DNA from: Pseudoalteromonas translucida KMM 520
Lineage (GTDB): Bacteria > Pseudomonadota > Gammaproteobacteria > Enterobacterales > Alteromonadaceae
Assembly: GCF_001465295.1 (NCBI RefSeq)
Contig: NZ_CP011034.1
Location: 2,130,001-2,162,000 of the forward strand
DNA length: 32,000 nucleotides
Direction of reading: 5' to 3'
How positions within the stretch are numbered: position 1 is the first letter of the stretch; each line of letters opens with the position of its first letter. This document shows, in pieces, positions 17,039-26,799 of this stretch. Below the pieces are notes generated by a model. That model was not told the origin of the DNA. It did not search any database and was given only the letters and a program-made list of their open reading frames with translations. The translations under genes and the position numbers were made by a program.

Positions 17039-17581
17039 TTAGTAAACTAGTACCGCACGGCGGTTTTTAGCGAAAGCTGATTCAGTGCGAGATTTAACCA
17101 TAGGCTTCTCTTCACCGTAGCTTACCACTGACATTTGGCTTGCAGAAACACCTAAACTTTGTAGGTATTTTTCAACTGCTTGGCCACGGTGCTCACCTAG
17201 TGCAATATTGTACTCTGGCGTACCGCGCTCATCTGCGTGGCCTTCAATAAGTACTTTAACAGATGAGTTTTGAACTAAAAACTCAGCGTGTGCGCGTAAT
17301 AAATCAGCGTACTTGCCTTCAACTGTCGCTTTATCAAAATCAAAGTAAATTACTTGCTCTTGACGAAGTGCTTCGTATTTTTGACGAAGTTGCTCTTCTG
17401 CACGTTGCTCTGGCGAAATTGTCGCTACTTCAACTGTATCAGTATTTGTTGATTGCTCAACCATACCCTGATTTGATTGGTTAGCTGCGCCTTCATCTAT
17501 ATCTGAAGATGAGCTACAAGCTGCTAAAGCCATTACTGGCACAGCAATTAGCAGGCCTTTAAGTATTTTATTAAGTTGCAT
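17039..17581 (-). CDS. pal: Peptidoglycan-associated lipoprotein Pal
   Basis: OmpA-like C-terminus (IEGHADERGTPEYNIALGEHRGQAV..NRRAVLVY). The lipobox LAAC follows MQLNKILKGLLIAVPVMA. I place the start at ATG 17581 (AGGAA SD upstream). The ORF-track start (17638) would overlap tolB and adds 19 non-signal residues. Confidence 0.9.
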   Translation of the reverse strand: MQLNKILKGLLIAVPVMALAACSSSSDIDEGAANQSNQGMVEQSTNTDTVEVATISPEQRAEEQLRQKYEALRQEQVIYFDFDKATVEGKYADLLRAHAEFLVQNSSVKVLIEGHADERGTPEYNIALGEHRGQAVEKYLQSLGVSASQMSVVSYGEEKPMVKSRTESAFAKNRRAVLVY

Positions 17582-17616
17582 TGAGTAGATTCCTATTTTG
17601 AGTAAACCAGCAATTA

Positions 17617-18975
17617 TTACTGTAAATATGGCGACCAAGCTGGCGCCTTTACTTGTCCGTCTAGCACAGGTAACCGTGCTTTAAAGCGACCGTCCATCGA
17701 TACCAGCGCAAGTACCTGTTTATTATTATGAAGCGTGCTATATATAATCATCGAGCCATTTGGCGCTATACTCGGTGATTCATCAAGGCGAGTTCGTGTT
17801 AATACTTGAAACGCACCTGTTGCCAGCTCTTTTTTAGCAAGATGGTACTGCCCGTTGGTACGGTTAACCATCACTAATTCTTTGCCATCGGGTGTTATTG
17901 AACCTGCTAGGTTCATATCACCGTCAAAGCTTAATCTTTGTGTTCTGCCAGTTTTTAAATTTAACTTATAAATCTGGGCATTACCACCCCTTTCAGATGT
18001 AAATACAATATCTTGGCCATTAGGATACCACGATGGCTCTGTATCTATACTGCGATGACGAGTAAGACGCGTTTCTTTGCGTGTTATTAAGTCTAGTAAG
18101 TAAACTTCGGTTGCACCGGTTTTATCTTTTGAAAGTACTAACAGTAACTTTTTACCATCTGGCGAAAACTGCGGTGCACCATTAATACCAGGATAACTAG
18201 TAACTAATTCACGTTTACCTGAGTATAGGTCTTGAATGTAAATTTGGCTCTGACGATTTTCAAACGTTACATAGGCTAACTTAGTGCCATCGGGCGACCA
18301 TGCTGGCGACATTAACGGCTCTTTAGAGCGTAGTAATACTTGCTCATTAAAGCCATCATAGTCAGAAACCACCAGTTGATAAGGTCTGTCGTCATTATCG
18401 CGTACTATAACATAGGCTATTTTAGTTAAAAATGCGCCCTTTTCACCGGTTAATTTTTCGTAAATCACATCACTTATACGGTGCGAATAACGACGAAAGC
18501 CGGTGTCGCTAATAATACTTTCACGTGCTTCTAAAATATGGTCTTGGTTTTTAATTAATTTACCGTTAGTCATCATTTGCGTTTGACCACCGGTAATTTG
18601 CCCACGAATAACATCAACCAGCTCATAACGTACCAAGTAGCGGCCATTAGATTGCTGCTCAACTTCGCCAACTAATATTGCCTCTACGCCTTTGTTAACC
18701 CAAGACGCATAGTTAATATCACTATCTTTACTTGGCTGTTGCGGCATTTGTGCTACATCTACAGGTTTAAATTTACCACTGCGCATTAAATCTGCAGCAA
18801 TAACGTCACTGATTTTTTGCGGAATAGGGCCAACACCTTGATACTTAAATGGCACAATAGCAATTGGCCGTGCACCATCTATACCCTCTGTTATTACAAT
18901 TTCCAGTGCTGCATTTGCAACGCCCTGAAAACCCAATAATAAAATTAAACAGGCTACTTTTACTTTGTTGAACAT
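17617..18975 (-). CDS. tolB: Tol-Pal system beta-propeller protein TolB
   Basis: 452-aa ORF with a signal peptide (..GVANA). Repeated propeller blades (PAWSPDG, PQFSPDG, PSWYPNG, SITPDG, PSIAPNG). Confidence 0.93.
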   Translation of the reverse strand: MFNKVKVACLILLLGFQGVANAALEIVITEGIDGARPIAIVPFKYQGVGPIPQKISDVIAADLMRSGKFKPVDVAQMPQQPSKDSDINYASWVNKGVEAILVGEVEQQSNGRYLVRYELVDVIRGQITGGQTQMMTNGKLIKNQDHILEARESIISDTGFRRYSHRISDVIYEKLTGEKGAFLTKIAYVIVRDNDDRPYQLVVSDYDGFNEQVLLRSKEPLMSPAWSPDGTKLAYVTFENRQSQIYIQDLYSGKRELVTSYPGINGAPQFSPDGKKLLLVLSKDKTGATEVYLLDLITRKETRLTRHRSIDTEPSWYPNGQDIVFTSERGGNAQIYKLNLKTGRTQRLSFDGDMNLAGSITPDGKELVMVNRTNGQYHLAKKELATGAFQVLTRTRLDESPSIAPNGSMIIYSTLHNNKQVLALVSMDGRFKARLPVLDGQVKAPAWSPYLQ

Positions 18976-18984
18976 ATCATTCCT

Positions 18985-19890
18985 TTAAAATTCTGGCTTG
19001 ATTGTTAAATTTATATTCTTAAGTTGGTCGAATACGTCTTTATCTTTTGATACTGGTAATGTGTCGGCCATACGCACCGCTCTTAATGCAGCTTCACACA
19101 CTAATCTATCGCCGCCTAATGAGGTAACTTGCGTTACTAAGCCATTAAAGCCTAAACGAATGTTAACTCGGCACTGCTGATTTTTCATTTTTTCGTCAAT
19201 AAGTAAGTTCTGCTGTATACGTGCCATTATTAATGCGCGGTACTTATCTACTTCACTCACTACCTGTTGTTGGCGTATTTTACTGCGAGCAGCCTGCTCT
19301 TTAGCAAGTTGCTCTTGTAACATTTGCTCTTGCATTGCTTGCTCACGCTTGCGTTCGGCTTCTTCTTCGCGTTTTTTGCGATCAGCTTGTGCTTTTTTAA
19401 GCGCGTCTTCCTCAGCTTTGCGTTTATCAGCGGCAGCCTTAGCTGCGTTTTCAGACTCTTGCTTTTGCTTTTCGGCTTGCTTTGCTTTAGCGCGTTCCTG
19501 CTGCTCTATAGCACGTGCTTTTTTAGCTTGCGCTTGCGCCTCTGCCGTTTCTTTCTCTTTGGCTTTACGCTCTTGCTCTAACTTTTTAATTTGTCGCGCT
19601 TCTGATTCTCGCTCTTTACGCGCATTACTAGCTCTGCGCTCTAAATCGCGAATACGTTTGTCTTCAGCTCGCTTTTGATCGTCTTCTTTTTTTCTAAGTT
19701 GCGCAATTTTTTGCTCAACCTGCTTTTGATCAACCGTTACCGCAGACACCGCTTTGTCTACATCGGGAATAGCCGAATTAAGCGTAACTTCCATTACCTT
19801 AGGCGCTGGTGGATGAATGTTTGCGGTGGCATACAAAAAACCACCTAATGCCACATGTAAAAGTACTGATTTTATTAATGGTGTCTGCAT
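18985..19890 (-). CDS. tolA: Tol-Pal system protein TolA
   Basis: N-terminal TM anchor, a long Lys/Glu/Ala-rich helical domain II, and a C-terminal TolA domain III (..NLTIKPEF). The ATG at 19890 (MQTPLIKS..) lies 4 nt after the tolR stop. The ORF-track start at 19911 would overlap tolR by 17 nt. Confidence 0.88.
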   Translation of the reverse strand: MQTPLIKSVLLHVALGGFLYATANIHPPAPKVMEVTLNSAIPDVDKAVSAVTVDQKQVEQKIAQLRKKEDDQKRAEDKRIRDLERRASNARKERESEARQIKKLEQERKAKEKETAEAQAQAKKARAIEQQERAKAKQAEKQKQESENAAKAAADKRKAEEDALKKAQADRKKREEEAERKREQAMQEQMLQEQLAKEQAARSKIRQQQVVSEVDKYRALIMARIQQNLLIDEKMKNQQCRVNIRLGFNGLVTQVTSLGGDRLVCEAALRAVRMADTLPVSKDKDVFDQLKNINLTIKPEF

Positions 19891-19894
19891 AAGG

Positions 19895-20326
19895 CTACTT
19901 CGTCCCCTCAAAGGATTCGGTCATTAACCCTACCGATGGCACGCCTGCTCTTTTTAAAAAGTCCATTAATAGTAATACTTCTTGATATGACACTTTGCCC
20001 GAGCCTTTTATCATTACGGGTACATCTGGGTTTTTCATCAGCTGTAACTTAATTACGGCAGCTACATCTAGCGCTTCCATTGGCTCTTCAGGGTCGGTGC
20101 CAACGCTTACATAGTATCGGCCATCTGCATCAATAGAGGCAATAATAGGTGGTGTATCTTTGGTGTCAACTAAGTCTGACTCTTCCATTTTTGGCAAGTC
20201 AACTTTAACACCGTGAGTAATGAGTGGTGCTGTAGCCATAAATATAATTAGTAGTACCAACATTACATCAATGTAAGGCACTACATTAATTTCTGCGACC
20301 GGACGGCGCTTTTTACGCTGATACAT
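19895..20326 (-). CDS. tolR: Tol-Pal system protein TolR (ExbD family)
   Basis: 143 aa. Basic N-terminus then [18 protein letters not shown] (the ExbD/TolR hallmark with the conserved Asp). Overlaps the tolQ stop by 14 nt. Confidence 0.92.
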   Translation of the reverse strand: MYQRKKRRPVAEINVVPYIDVMLVLLIIFMATAPLITHGVKVDLPKMEESDLVDTKDTPPIIASIDADGRYYVSVGTDPEEPMEALDVAAVIKLQLMKNPDVPVMIKGSGKVSYQEVLLLMDFLKRAGVPSVGLMTESFEGTK

Positions 20327-21017
20327 TCGCTTGGGCCTCTATTTGAGTAGCTGCTTGACGGTGTAGGATATTAGCAAACTCTTCCATAAAGTTAATATAA
20401 TGCGTTTCTAGTTTTTCAACTTTATTAGCAAAACGGTTGTAGGCAATAACGGCTGGAATAGCTGCAAATAACCCCATTGCAGTGGCAATCAACGCCTCAG
20501 CAATACCTGGTGCTACCATTTGTAGCGTAGCTTGCTTAACTTCGCCCAGTGCAATAAAGGCATTCATTATGCCCCACACTGTCCCAAACAAGCCTATATA
20601 AGGGCTAATTGAGCCCACTGTTGCTAAAAATGATAAACTTGATTCTAACTTTTCTACTTCACGCGAAAGCGCCACTCGCATAGAGCGATGCGTGCCTTCC
20701 ATAACAATGCCAGCACTTTGAAATGTATTTTTTTTATGACGTGCAAACTCTTTAAAGCCAGCGGTAAATAACGCTTCTATACCTTTTGATTGCCCACTAC
20801 GTGATGAAATTTCGCTATACAGCTTACTTAAATCAATACCAGACCAAAACTTTTGTTCAAATTTTTTGGCATTGTTTAAAGCGTCTGAGATTGCTTTTTT
20901 ACGCTGAAAAATAATAGCCCACGACATTACCGACATCGCTACTAACGCTAGCATCACTAGTTGCACAAGCAAACTTGCTTCTAGAATTAGATCTAAAAAA
21001 TTAAGCCCTGATCCCAC
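20313..21017 (-). CDS. tolQ: Tol-Pal system protein TolQ (MotA/ExbB family)
   Basis: 234 aa, three TM segments. Conserved [10 protein letters not shown] and [18 protein letters not shown] start (21017..21015) preceded by AGGAG. Confidence 0.92.
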   Translation of the reverse strand: MGSGLNFLDLILEASLLVQLVMLALVAMSVMSWAIIFQRKKAISDALNNAKKFEQKFWSGIDLSKLYSEISSRSGQSKGIEALFTAGFKEFARHKKNTFQSAGIVMEGTHRSMRVALSREVEKLESSLSFLATVGSISPYIGLFGTVWGIMNAFIALGEVKQATLQMVAPGIAEALIATAMGLFAAIPAVIAYNRFANKVEKLETHYINFMEEFANILHRQAATQIEAQANVSA

Positions 21018-21506
21018 GTTAAACTCCTAAAAAATTAAAAATACATCAAATTGATTTATTTGGATAATATGACCTTACACCTGAACTACAAAGGGTAAGC
21101 GTCTAAAGTTGTAGCTAGTGTATATAGTGTATTTCCCGCTTACAACGATCTTGCTATGAATAGACAACAAAAAACGTTAAAAAATTCTATTATTTTTATT
21201 AAACCGTAAAATAACCCGTTTATTATAATTGCGTAATTAATATTAGTGTTTATTAATGCGTTATTATAAAGGTAATACTCAGTTAAATTAGCTGTTTATT
21301 CAAAATATAAGCATAAGCACGCAAAACAACCTAAGGTTTACTTTAACGTAATAGTAAAACTAATACCGAAATTTAATGCAAAATACAATATAAGCAAATA
21401 ATTTCATAAGGTTATAATGTTAACGATTAATTAACGTGCAACAATTAAACATTCATAAAAAGCATTCAGATTAGTTTTTTTCATCTGAAATTATAAATTT
21501 TCTAGT

Positions 21507-21535
21507 TTGAACAAAAAACAACTCTTCGGTATTAT
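21507..21535 (+). promoter_or_regulatory. Candidate sigma70 promoter in the tolQ-ruvB gap
   Basis: TTGAAC (21507..21512), exactly 17 nt, TATTAT (21530..21535). Confidence 0.35.
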
Positions 21536-21541
21536 TACCTC

Positions 21542-21719
21542 ATACCGAGCTAACGCATTAAATGAAAATTTTCATTGCATCCAGTTCTTCGTAATATGAT
21601 ATTTTATCGTATTACATTGTTTTACTTTTTTAGGATAAAACCTAAGTAAGTAAAATAGAGTTCCCAAGATTACTTCCTTCAACTTGTTGTTTGCCCGCAT
21701 TATTTGCGGGCTTTTTTTT
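21542..21719 (+). ncRNA. Candidate ~180-nt small RNA (or tiny-peptide mRNA) ending at an orphan terminator
   Basis: Bounded by the promoter above and the terminator at 21693..21719. No + strand ORF of 60 aa or more. Only micro-ORFs are present (MKIFIASSSS, MIFYRITLFYFFRIKPK), neither with an SD. A CU-rich single-stranded-looking stretch acttccttcaac lies just upstream of the terminator. Confidence 0.3.
21693..21719 (+). terminator. Strong unidirectional rho-independent terminator with no upstream CDS
   Basis: gcccgca (21693..21699) / tgcgggc (21705..21711) followed by eight T (21712..21719). On the - strand the hairpin is followed by aaacaac, so it is + strand specific. Confidence 0.7.
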
Positions 21720-21950
21720 GCCCATAAATAATCTTCATAACATTAATACCTAGGTATTAAGTTAACATCACAACTTCAGCGTTTATAACAATTGCATAAG
21801 GCCTAAGCTAGTGCGCCACAGCAAGCCACCTATTGGTTAACACCAGCAATATAACGCAGGCACAATAACCTCGATTGACTTAACCCATCGTGAATTATTG
21901 CTAAATTTAAGTACGCATACCAACCACATAAAACACGGCTAAGCATACAC

Positions 21951-21989
21951 TAAAAAGCCATTGCAATTAATTAATCACAATGGCTTTTA
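21951..21989. terminator. Bidirectional terminator downstream of ruvB
   Basis: agccattg (21956..21963) / caatggct (21978..21985). Flanked by aaaaa on the left and tttt on the right. Confidence 0.6.
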
Positions 21990-22008
21990 AATTGGGTAAA
22001 GCTTTTTA

Positions 22009-23016
22009 TTAGTCTTGCTTTGGGAGTAAACCAAAGTGATGGTATGCGTTGTCTGACACTATGCGTCCACGGGGTGTGCGTTGAATAAAGCCCTGTTGAA
22101 TTAAAAAGGGCTCTATTACGTCTTCAATGGTCTCTTTTTCCTCGCCAATAGCTGCAGCTATATTATCGAGCCCAACTGGGCCACCCATAAATTTTTCTAT
22201 AATGGCAAGTAAGTACTTACGATCCATATAATCAAAACCGCTTTTATCTACATCAATCATATTAAGTGCCAGCTCTGCTACTTCGGCGTTTACTGTACCG
22301 TCTGACTTTACTTGGGTGTAGTCACGCACTCGGCGTAGTAACCTATTGGCAATTCGGGGGGTACCGCGTGAGCGTTTAGCTATTTCAACTGCGCCCTCGT
22401 CGCACATTTCTAAATTAAGAAAGTGCGCCGATCGCCCTACTATGTACGATAAGTCTTCTACTGAATAAAACTCTAAGCGCTGCACAATACCAAAGCGATC
22501 ACGCAGTGGAGATGTTAACGAACCCGCACGAGTAGTTGCGCCAATAAGCGTAAACGAGGGCAAGTCTAATTTTATCGAGCGTGCTGCTGGGCCTTCACCT
22601 ATCATAATATCAAGTTGGTAGTCTTCCATTGCTGGGTAGAGTATTTCTTCAACTTGTGGGCTCAACCTGTGTATTTCATCAATAAATAACACATCACCTT
22701 CTTCAAGGTTGGTTAGCAATGCGGCTAAATCACCAGCTTTTTCAAGTACTGGCCCTGAGGTTGCCTTTATGTTTACCTGCAGCTCGTTGGCAACAATATT
22801 AGCTAATGTCGTTTTACCCAAACCTGGTGGGCCAAAAATAAGCAGGTGATCGAGTGCTTCGCCTCGGCTACGGGCCGCTTCAATAAAAATTTCCATTTGC
22901 TGTTTAACATGCGGTTGACCACGGTAATCGGCGAGTAGTTTTGGCCTAATTGCACGGTCTATAGAGTCTTCGTTGGGTTTTTCAGTCGCGTCAATTAAGC
23001 GATCAGCTTCGATCAT
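22009..23016 (-). CDS. ruvB: Holliday junction branch migration ATPase RuvB
   Basis: 335 aa. Walker [10 protein letters not shown], Walker [11 protein letters not shown], and RuvB-specific regions ([30 protein letters not shown]). Confidence 0.95.
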   Translation of the reverse strand: MIEADRLIDATEKPNEDSIDRAIRPKLLADYRGQPHVKQQMEIFIEAARSRGEALDHLLIFGPPGLGKTTLANIVANELQVNIKATSGPVLEKAGDLAALLTNLEEGDVLFIDEIHRLSPQVEEILYPAMEDYQLDIMIGEGPAARSIKLDLPSFTLIGATTRAGSLTSPLRDRFGIVQRLEFYSVEDLSYIVGRSAHFLNLEMCDEGAVEIAKRSRGTPRIANRLLRRVRDYTQVKSDGTVNAEVAELALNMIDVDKSGFDYMDRKYLLAIIEKFMGGPVGLDNIAAAIGEEKETIEDVIEPFLIQQGFIQRTPRGRIVSDNAYHHFGLLPKQD

Positions 23017-23023
23017 AGGTTAC

Positions 23024-23641
23024 TCACAGCATTGATTTTAAAGATTCTTTAATAAGAACCTCAGTAGACATATCGGGTTTACTTACTGATTTTACTGCTT
23101 TTTGCGCTTGTGGCAATTTATAACCTAGCGACACTAAAGCCGACACAGCATCATCGGCGGCATTATTAGCAATTGTCGCGTCGCTAAACGGCTCAATAAC
23201 CGCACTGTCGCTGAAAGGAGTGAATAAATCGTTGCCCCAATTTTTTAATCTGTCTTTCATTTCGAGTACTAGCCGCTCGGCGGTTTTTTTACCTACCCCG
23301 GGTAATTTAACTAAGCTTGTGGAGTCTTCGTTATTTACACAGCTTACAAATTGCTGCGCCGACATACCCGACAAAATAGCTAAACCCAGCTTTGGCCCTA
23401 CGCCATTGGCCTTTAATAACTCTCTAAATAAGGCACGCTCTACTTTATTGTTAAAGCCAAACAATAGTTGTGCATCTTCGCGTACTACAAAATGAGTATA
23501 AACAATGGCATTTTCGCCAACTTTAGGTAAGTCGTAAAAGCAGGTCATTGGCATTTGTACTTCGTAGCCAACACCGCTTACCTCTAATAATATTTCGGGA
23601 GGTTGTTTTTCGACTAAAATACCATTTAAGCGACCAATCAT
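23024..23641 (-). CDS. ruvA: Holliday junction DNA-binding protein RuvA
   Basis: 205 aa. MIGRLNG..VGYEV N-terminus, HhH motifs ([24 protein letters not shown]), C-terminal domain III. Confidence 0.95.
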   Translation of the reverse strand: MIGRLNGILVEKQPPEILLEVSGVGYEVQMPMTCFYDLPKVGENAIVYTHFVVREDAQLLFGFNNKVERALFRELLKANGVGPKLGLAILSGMSAQQFVSCVNNEDSTSLVKLPGVGKKTAERLVLEMKDRLKNWGNDLFTPFSDSAVIEPFSDATIANNAADDAVSALVSLGYKLPQAQKAVKSVSKPDMSTEVLIKESLKSML

Positions 23642-23643
23642 AG

Positions 23644-24168
23644 TTATTTCCTTAAACGTCCTCTAACGGTTTTGCTTGCGCTACCCGCTAGTTTTATTAA
23701 ATTTTGTTCTGAGTGCGCATGGCAAATAGCAATAGCCAGTGCATCGGCGGCATCGGCTTGTGGCGTACCAGGTAGTTTTAAAATATTTTTAACCATATGC
23801 TGCACTTGGGTTTTATCGGCACCACCATTGCCTACTACGGCTTGTTTTATTTGCCTTGCTGAGTATTCAAATACCGGTAAGTCGGCCATTGCAGCGCCTA
23901 CAATAGCAGCACCACGTGCTTGGCCTAGCTTTAGGGCTGAGTCGGGATTGTGCGCCATAAACACTTTTTCTATCGCGAAGGTTTCTGGCGAAAACTGCTC
24001 TATAAGCTGGGTAATGCCTTGGTAAATCATTTTTAGTCTTATATGAAACTCATGGTCCGCTAATTTAATGCAACCACTGCCTAAATAAGTGAATTTAGAT
24101 CCCTGATGCGCTACAACACCGTAGCCAGTTAAGCGTGAGCCCGGATCAATCCCTAAAATTATGGCCAA
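23644..24168 (-). CDS. ruvC: Crossover junction endodeoxyribonuclease RuvC
   Basis: 174 aa. (M)[17 protein letters not shown] as in E. coli RuvC, catalytic acidic residues in context ([14 protein letters not shown]). The start codon is TTG (24168..24166). The stop lies 2 nt upstream of the ruvA ATG. Confidence 0.93.
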   Translation of the reverse strand: MAIILGIDPGSRLTGYGVVAHQGSKFTYLGSGCIKLADHEFHIRLKMIYQGITQLIEQFSPETFAIEKVFMAHNPDSALKLGQARGAAIVGAAMADLPVFEYSARQIKQAVVGNGGADKTQVQHMVKNILKLPGTPQADAADALAIAICHAHSEQNLIKLAGSASKTVRGRLRK

Positions 24169-24219
24169 AAAGCACTCTCATTATTGTTATTCGTTAATTA
24201 GGCTAATAATGCCAGAGCA

Positions 24220-24235
24220 CTGTATAAATTACCAG
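24220..24235. promoter_or_regulatory. LexA (SOS) box upstream of ruvC
   Basis: cACTGTATAAATTACCAGTAa. CTG-N10-CAG with 15 of 19 matches to ACTGTATATATATACAGTA. Lies 52-67 nt upstream of the ruvC start. Confidence 0.55.
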
Positions 24236-24245
24236 TAACAATAAA

Positions 24246-24280
24246 ACAAAAACGGCCACTTTAGTGGCCGTTTTCCTTTT
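24246..24280 (-). terminator. Rho-independent terminator of ybbP
   Basis: acggccac (24252..24259) / gtggccgt (24264..24271). T-run on the - strand (aaaaa 24247..24251 on +). Confidence 0.65.
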
Positions 24281-24297
24281 GCTTAAATATTGGCAAC

Positions 24298-26799
24298 TTA
24301 ACCTAACGCACGTACCAGCCCTTGGGTGTTTTGCTTAAGTGTGCGAGCAATCATAAAATAGCCTAACCCTGCTACAAACACTCCACCCGCCACCGGTCCT
24401 ATTAGCCAAATATGCGGATGTAATTTACCCGCCAGATCAAATAACTGCTGCTGTACAATTAATAGCGCAATATCACTAAAAAAAGCGGCAACTAAGCCGG
24501 CCAAACCACCAAGCAATAAAAATTCATATAAAGTGGCGTTTTTAATAAGCCGGCTTTTTGCACCAAGTGTGCGCAGTATTACAATTTCTTGCATGCGCTC
24601 GCCTAAGCTTGCTTGCACTTGCGATATTAATACCAGTGCACCACACAACACCACAATAGTAAGTACAAAGCCAATTGCAAGTGACACTTGCTCTATGGTT
24701 GATTGTATTTGTTTAACAAAGTTACCTACATCTATAGCAGTAACCGTTGGGTAGCTGCGCAGCAATTGGCTAAAGTCGCGTTTTTGATCTGGCTCAATAC
24801 GTACCGACGATATATAGGTTGCCGGAAAGTCTTTGAGCACATCAGGACTTAAAATAATAAAAAAGTTTGGCTTAAGGGTGGCCCAGTTTACTTTACGCAC
24901 ACTAGTAATTTTAGCGTCAAACGACTGCGCACCAATTAAAAACGTTAGCGTGTCGCCAAGTTCAACATCTAAACGCTCAAGCATAGACTCCTCAATGGAT
25001 GCCTCTGCTAATGTGTTTTTATTAAACCACTGCCCTTGCACTATTTCGTTTTGCGCTGGCGGCGTTTCAAGCCAGGTTAGGTTTAGCTCGCGACCAATAC
25101 CGGCGCGTGCCTCTTCGTCTTTTTTCTCGTTGTCTTGCAGAGATACTTCTCGCGCTACCAGCTCGCCATTTACCGCATTTACCCGGCCACGAATAGTGGG
25201 GTAAAACTCCGATACCTGAATGTTTTTTTGCGCCAAATAAGTATTAATTGGCTCAAGTTCGTTTTGGGTAATATTGACTAAAAATGCATTTGGAGCATCG
25301 TCTGGTAACTGCGACTGCCAGTCGGCTATCATGTCGTTTTTAAGTACCACTAAAAATAGTAATAGTTTAATGGCGAGGGAAAAACTGATCAGCTGGACTG
25401 CATTCACATTTGCACGTTTTTGAATTGACGCAATTGCCAGCGACCAGCTATTACCGGGCTTTAAGCCCAATTTACGGCCACCACCAAATATAATTTTAGA
25501 CACCAAAAACAACACGCCAATTAAAGTAAGCGTTGAGGCAAACAGAATCAGGGTAATTTTTATATTATTGCTAAATAACCACATCAGTAAAAACACGGTA
25601 AATGCACTCATAGCTAAGTGCACCCGGCTAACCGCTAGTTTATCGCCTAAGTTACGACGCAGCACCCGCAGTGGCGGAATATCAAATAAATCAAATAACG
25701 GCTTGATAGAAAACATCACTGCACAAATTACACCTGTGCTAATTGCCACTAACCACGGCTTAAAACCTGCCATTGGCAAAGTTGTACCCATGATTTTTGC
25801 TAAATAATGTGTCGCAATTTCTTGTAAACCATAACCAATTAATAAACCCACAGTGACCGCCATTAAACACACCATTAATAAATGTGTAAGGTAAATTTTG
25901 CGGATCATTGCCCGGCTACCACCTAAGGTTTTCATCATAGCAACTGGGTCGTATTGGCGTTCACAATAACGCTTTGCAGATACCGCAATTGCCACTGCGG
26001 CTAAAATAATGCCCAGTAAACCTGCTAGCAACAAAAAGCTTTCTGCACGATTTAAACTATTAGATATTGGTGATTGGCGATCTTTTACGCCATACCATTG
26101 TTGGTTTTCTTTTAGCTGTGGTTTTAGCCAATCGTAAAAACTATTTATATCGCTTTCATCGCCGGCATAAAGCTGACGATAAAATACTCGGCTACCCGGT
26201 TGTATTACTTCTGTTTTTTCCACGTCGTTAATGTTTATAAGCACCCTGCGGCTACTCGAAAACACATTAAAAGGCGCGTCGGGCTCTTCTACAATTACTT
26301 TTTCTACGTTAAATAATGCAGCACCTAGCTCTACTACATCGCCTATATCTATATTTAAACTATAAAATACCGACTCGCTAAGCCACACATTGCCAAGTGT
26401 TGGTCCGCCGTTAGCAACTTCGGTTTCTCCATTTAGGCTCGACTTAACCTTAAGTTGCCCCTTTAACGGGTAACCACTTGAGGCCGCTTTTACCGAACTA
26501 AATTGCATTTCGTCGTTGGCAAATAACATGGTGTCGAAGTAAAGCATTTGTGCGGTTTTTAAATTTTGTTGCTCTGCTTTAACTATATAAGAAGTGTCGA
26601 TTACGTGATTACTGCCAAGCACTCGGTCGGCGGCAATAAAGGCGCTACTTTTTTGCGCAATACTCTGTGCAATACGCTCAGTAATCATAGATAAAGTAAG
26701 CACGGTAAGTACCGCAAGTGCTATAGCCGCACTTATCACCGTAAGCTCACCACGGCGAAACTCCCGCGAAAATAACTTAAGTGCTAACTTAGCCCACAT
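24298..26799 (-). CDS. ybbP: ABC transporter permease, FtsX/MacB-like with two FtsX domains (YbbP-like)
   Basis: 833 aa, about 10 TM segments in two FtsX-type modules with large periplasmic loops. Overlaps the upstream ATPase gene stop by 11 nt. Synteny with ybbA and tesA as in E. coli. Confidence 0.88.
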   Translation of the reverse strand: MWAKLALKLFSREFRRGELTVISAAIALAVLTVLTLSMITERIAQSIAQKSSAFIAADRVLGSNHVIDTSYIVKAEQQNLKTAQMLYFDTMLFANDEMQFSSVKAASSGYPLKGQLKVKSSLNGETEVANGGPTLGNVWLSESVFYSLNIDIGDVVELGAALFNVEKVIVEEPDAPFNVFSSSRRVLININDVEKTEVIQPGSRVFYRQLYAGDESDINSFYDWLKPQLKENQQWYGVKDRQSPISNSLNRAESFLLLAGLLGIILAAVAIAVSAKRYCERQYDPVAMMKTLGGSRAMIRKIYLTHLLMVCLMAVTVGLLIGYGLQEIATHYLAKIMGTTLPMAGFKPWLVAISTGVICAVMFSIKPLFDLFDIPPLRVLRRNLGDKLAVSRVHLAMSAFTVFLLMWLFSNNIKITLILFASTLTLIGVLFLVSKIIFGGGRKLGLKPGNSWSLAIASIQKRANVNAVQLISFSLAIKLLLFLVVLKNDMIADWQSQLPDDAPNAFLVNITQNELEPINTYLAQKNIQVSEFYPTIRGRVNAVNGELVAREVSLQDNEKKDEEARAGIGRELNLTWLETPPAQNEIVQGQWFNKNTLAEASIEESMLERLDVELGDTLTFLIGAQSFDAKITSVRKVNWATLKPNFFIILSPDVLKDFPATYISSVRIEPDQKRDFSQLLRSYPTVTAIDVGNFVKQIQSTIEQVSLAIGFVLTIVVLCGALVLISQVQASLGERMQEIVILRTLGAKSRLIKNATLYEFLLLGGLAGLVAAFFSDIALLIVQQQLFDLAGKLHPHIWLIGPVAGGVFVAGLGYFMIARTLKQNTQGLVRALG

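Noticed and set aside
17582-17638. 19-codon N-terminal extension of pal in the ORF track
   Set aside because: It would overlap tolB and place non-signal residues before the lipoprotein signal peptide. The internal ATG at 17581 has an SD and gives a canonical signal plus lipobox.
19324-19678. Two + strand ORFs (85 and 109 aa) rich in Leu/Phe/Ser/Ala/Cys
   Set aside because: They are antisense to the low-complexity Lys/Glu/Ala-rich domain II of tolA. Such mirror ORFs are a compositional artefact.
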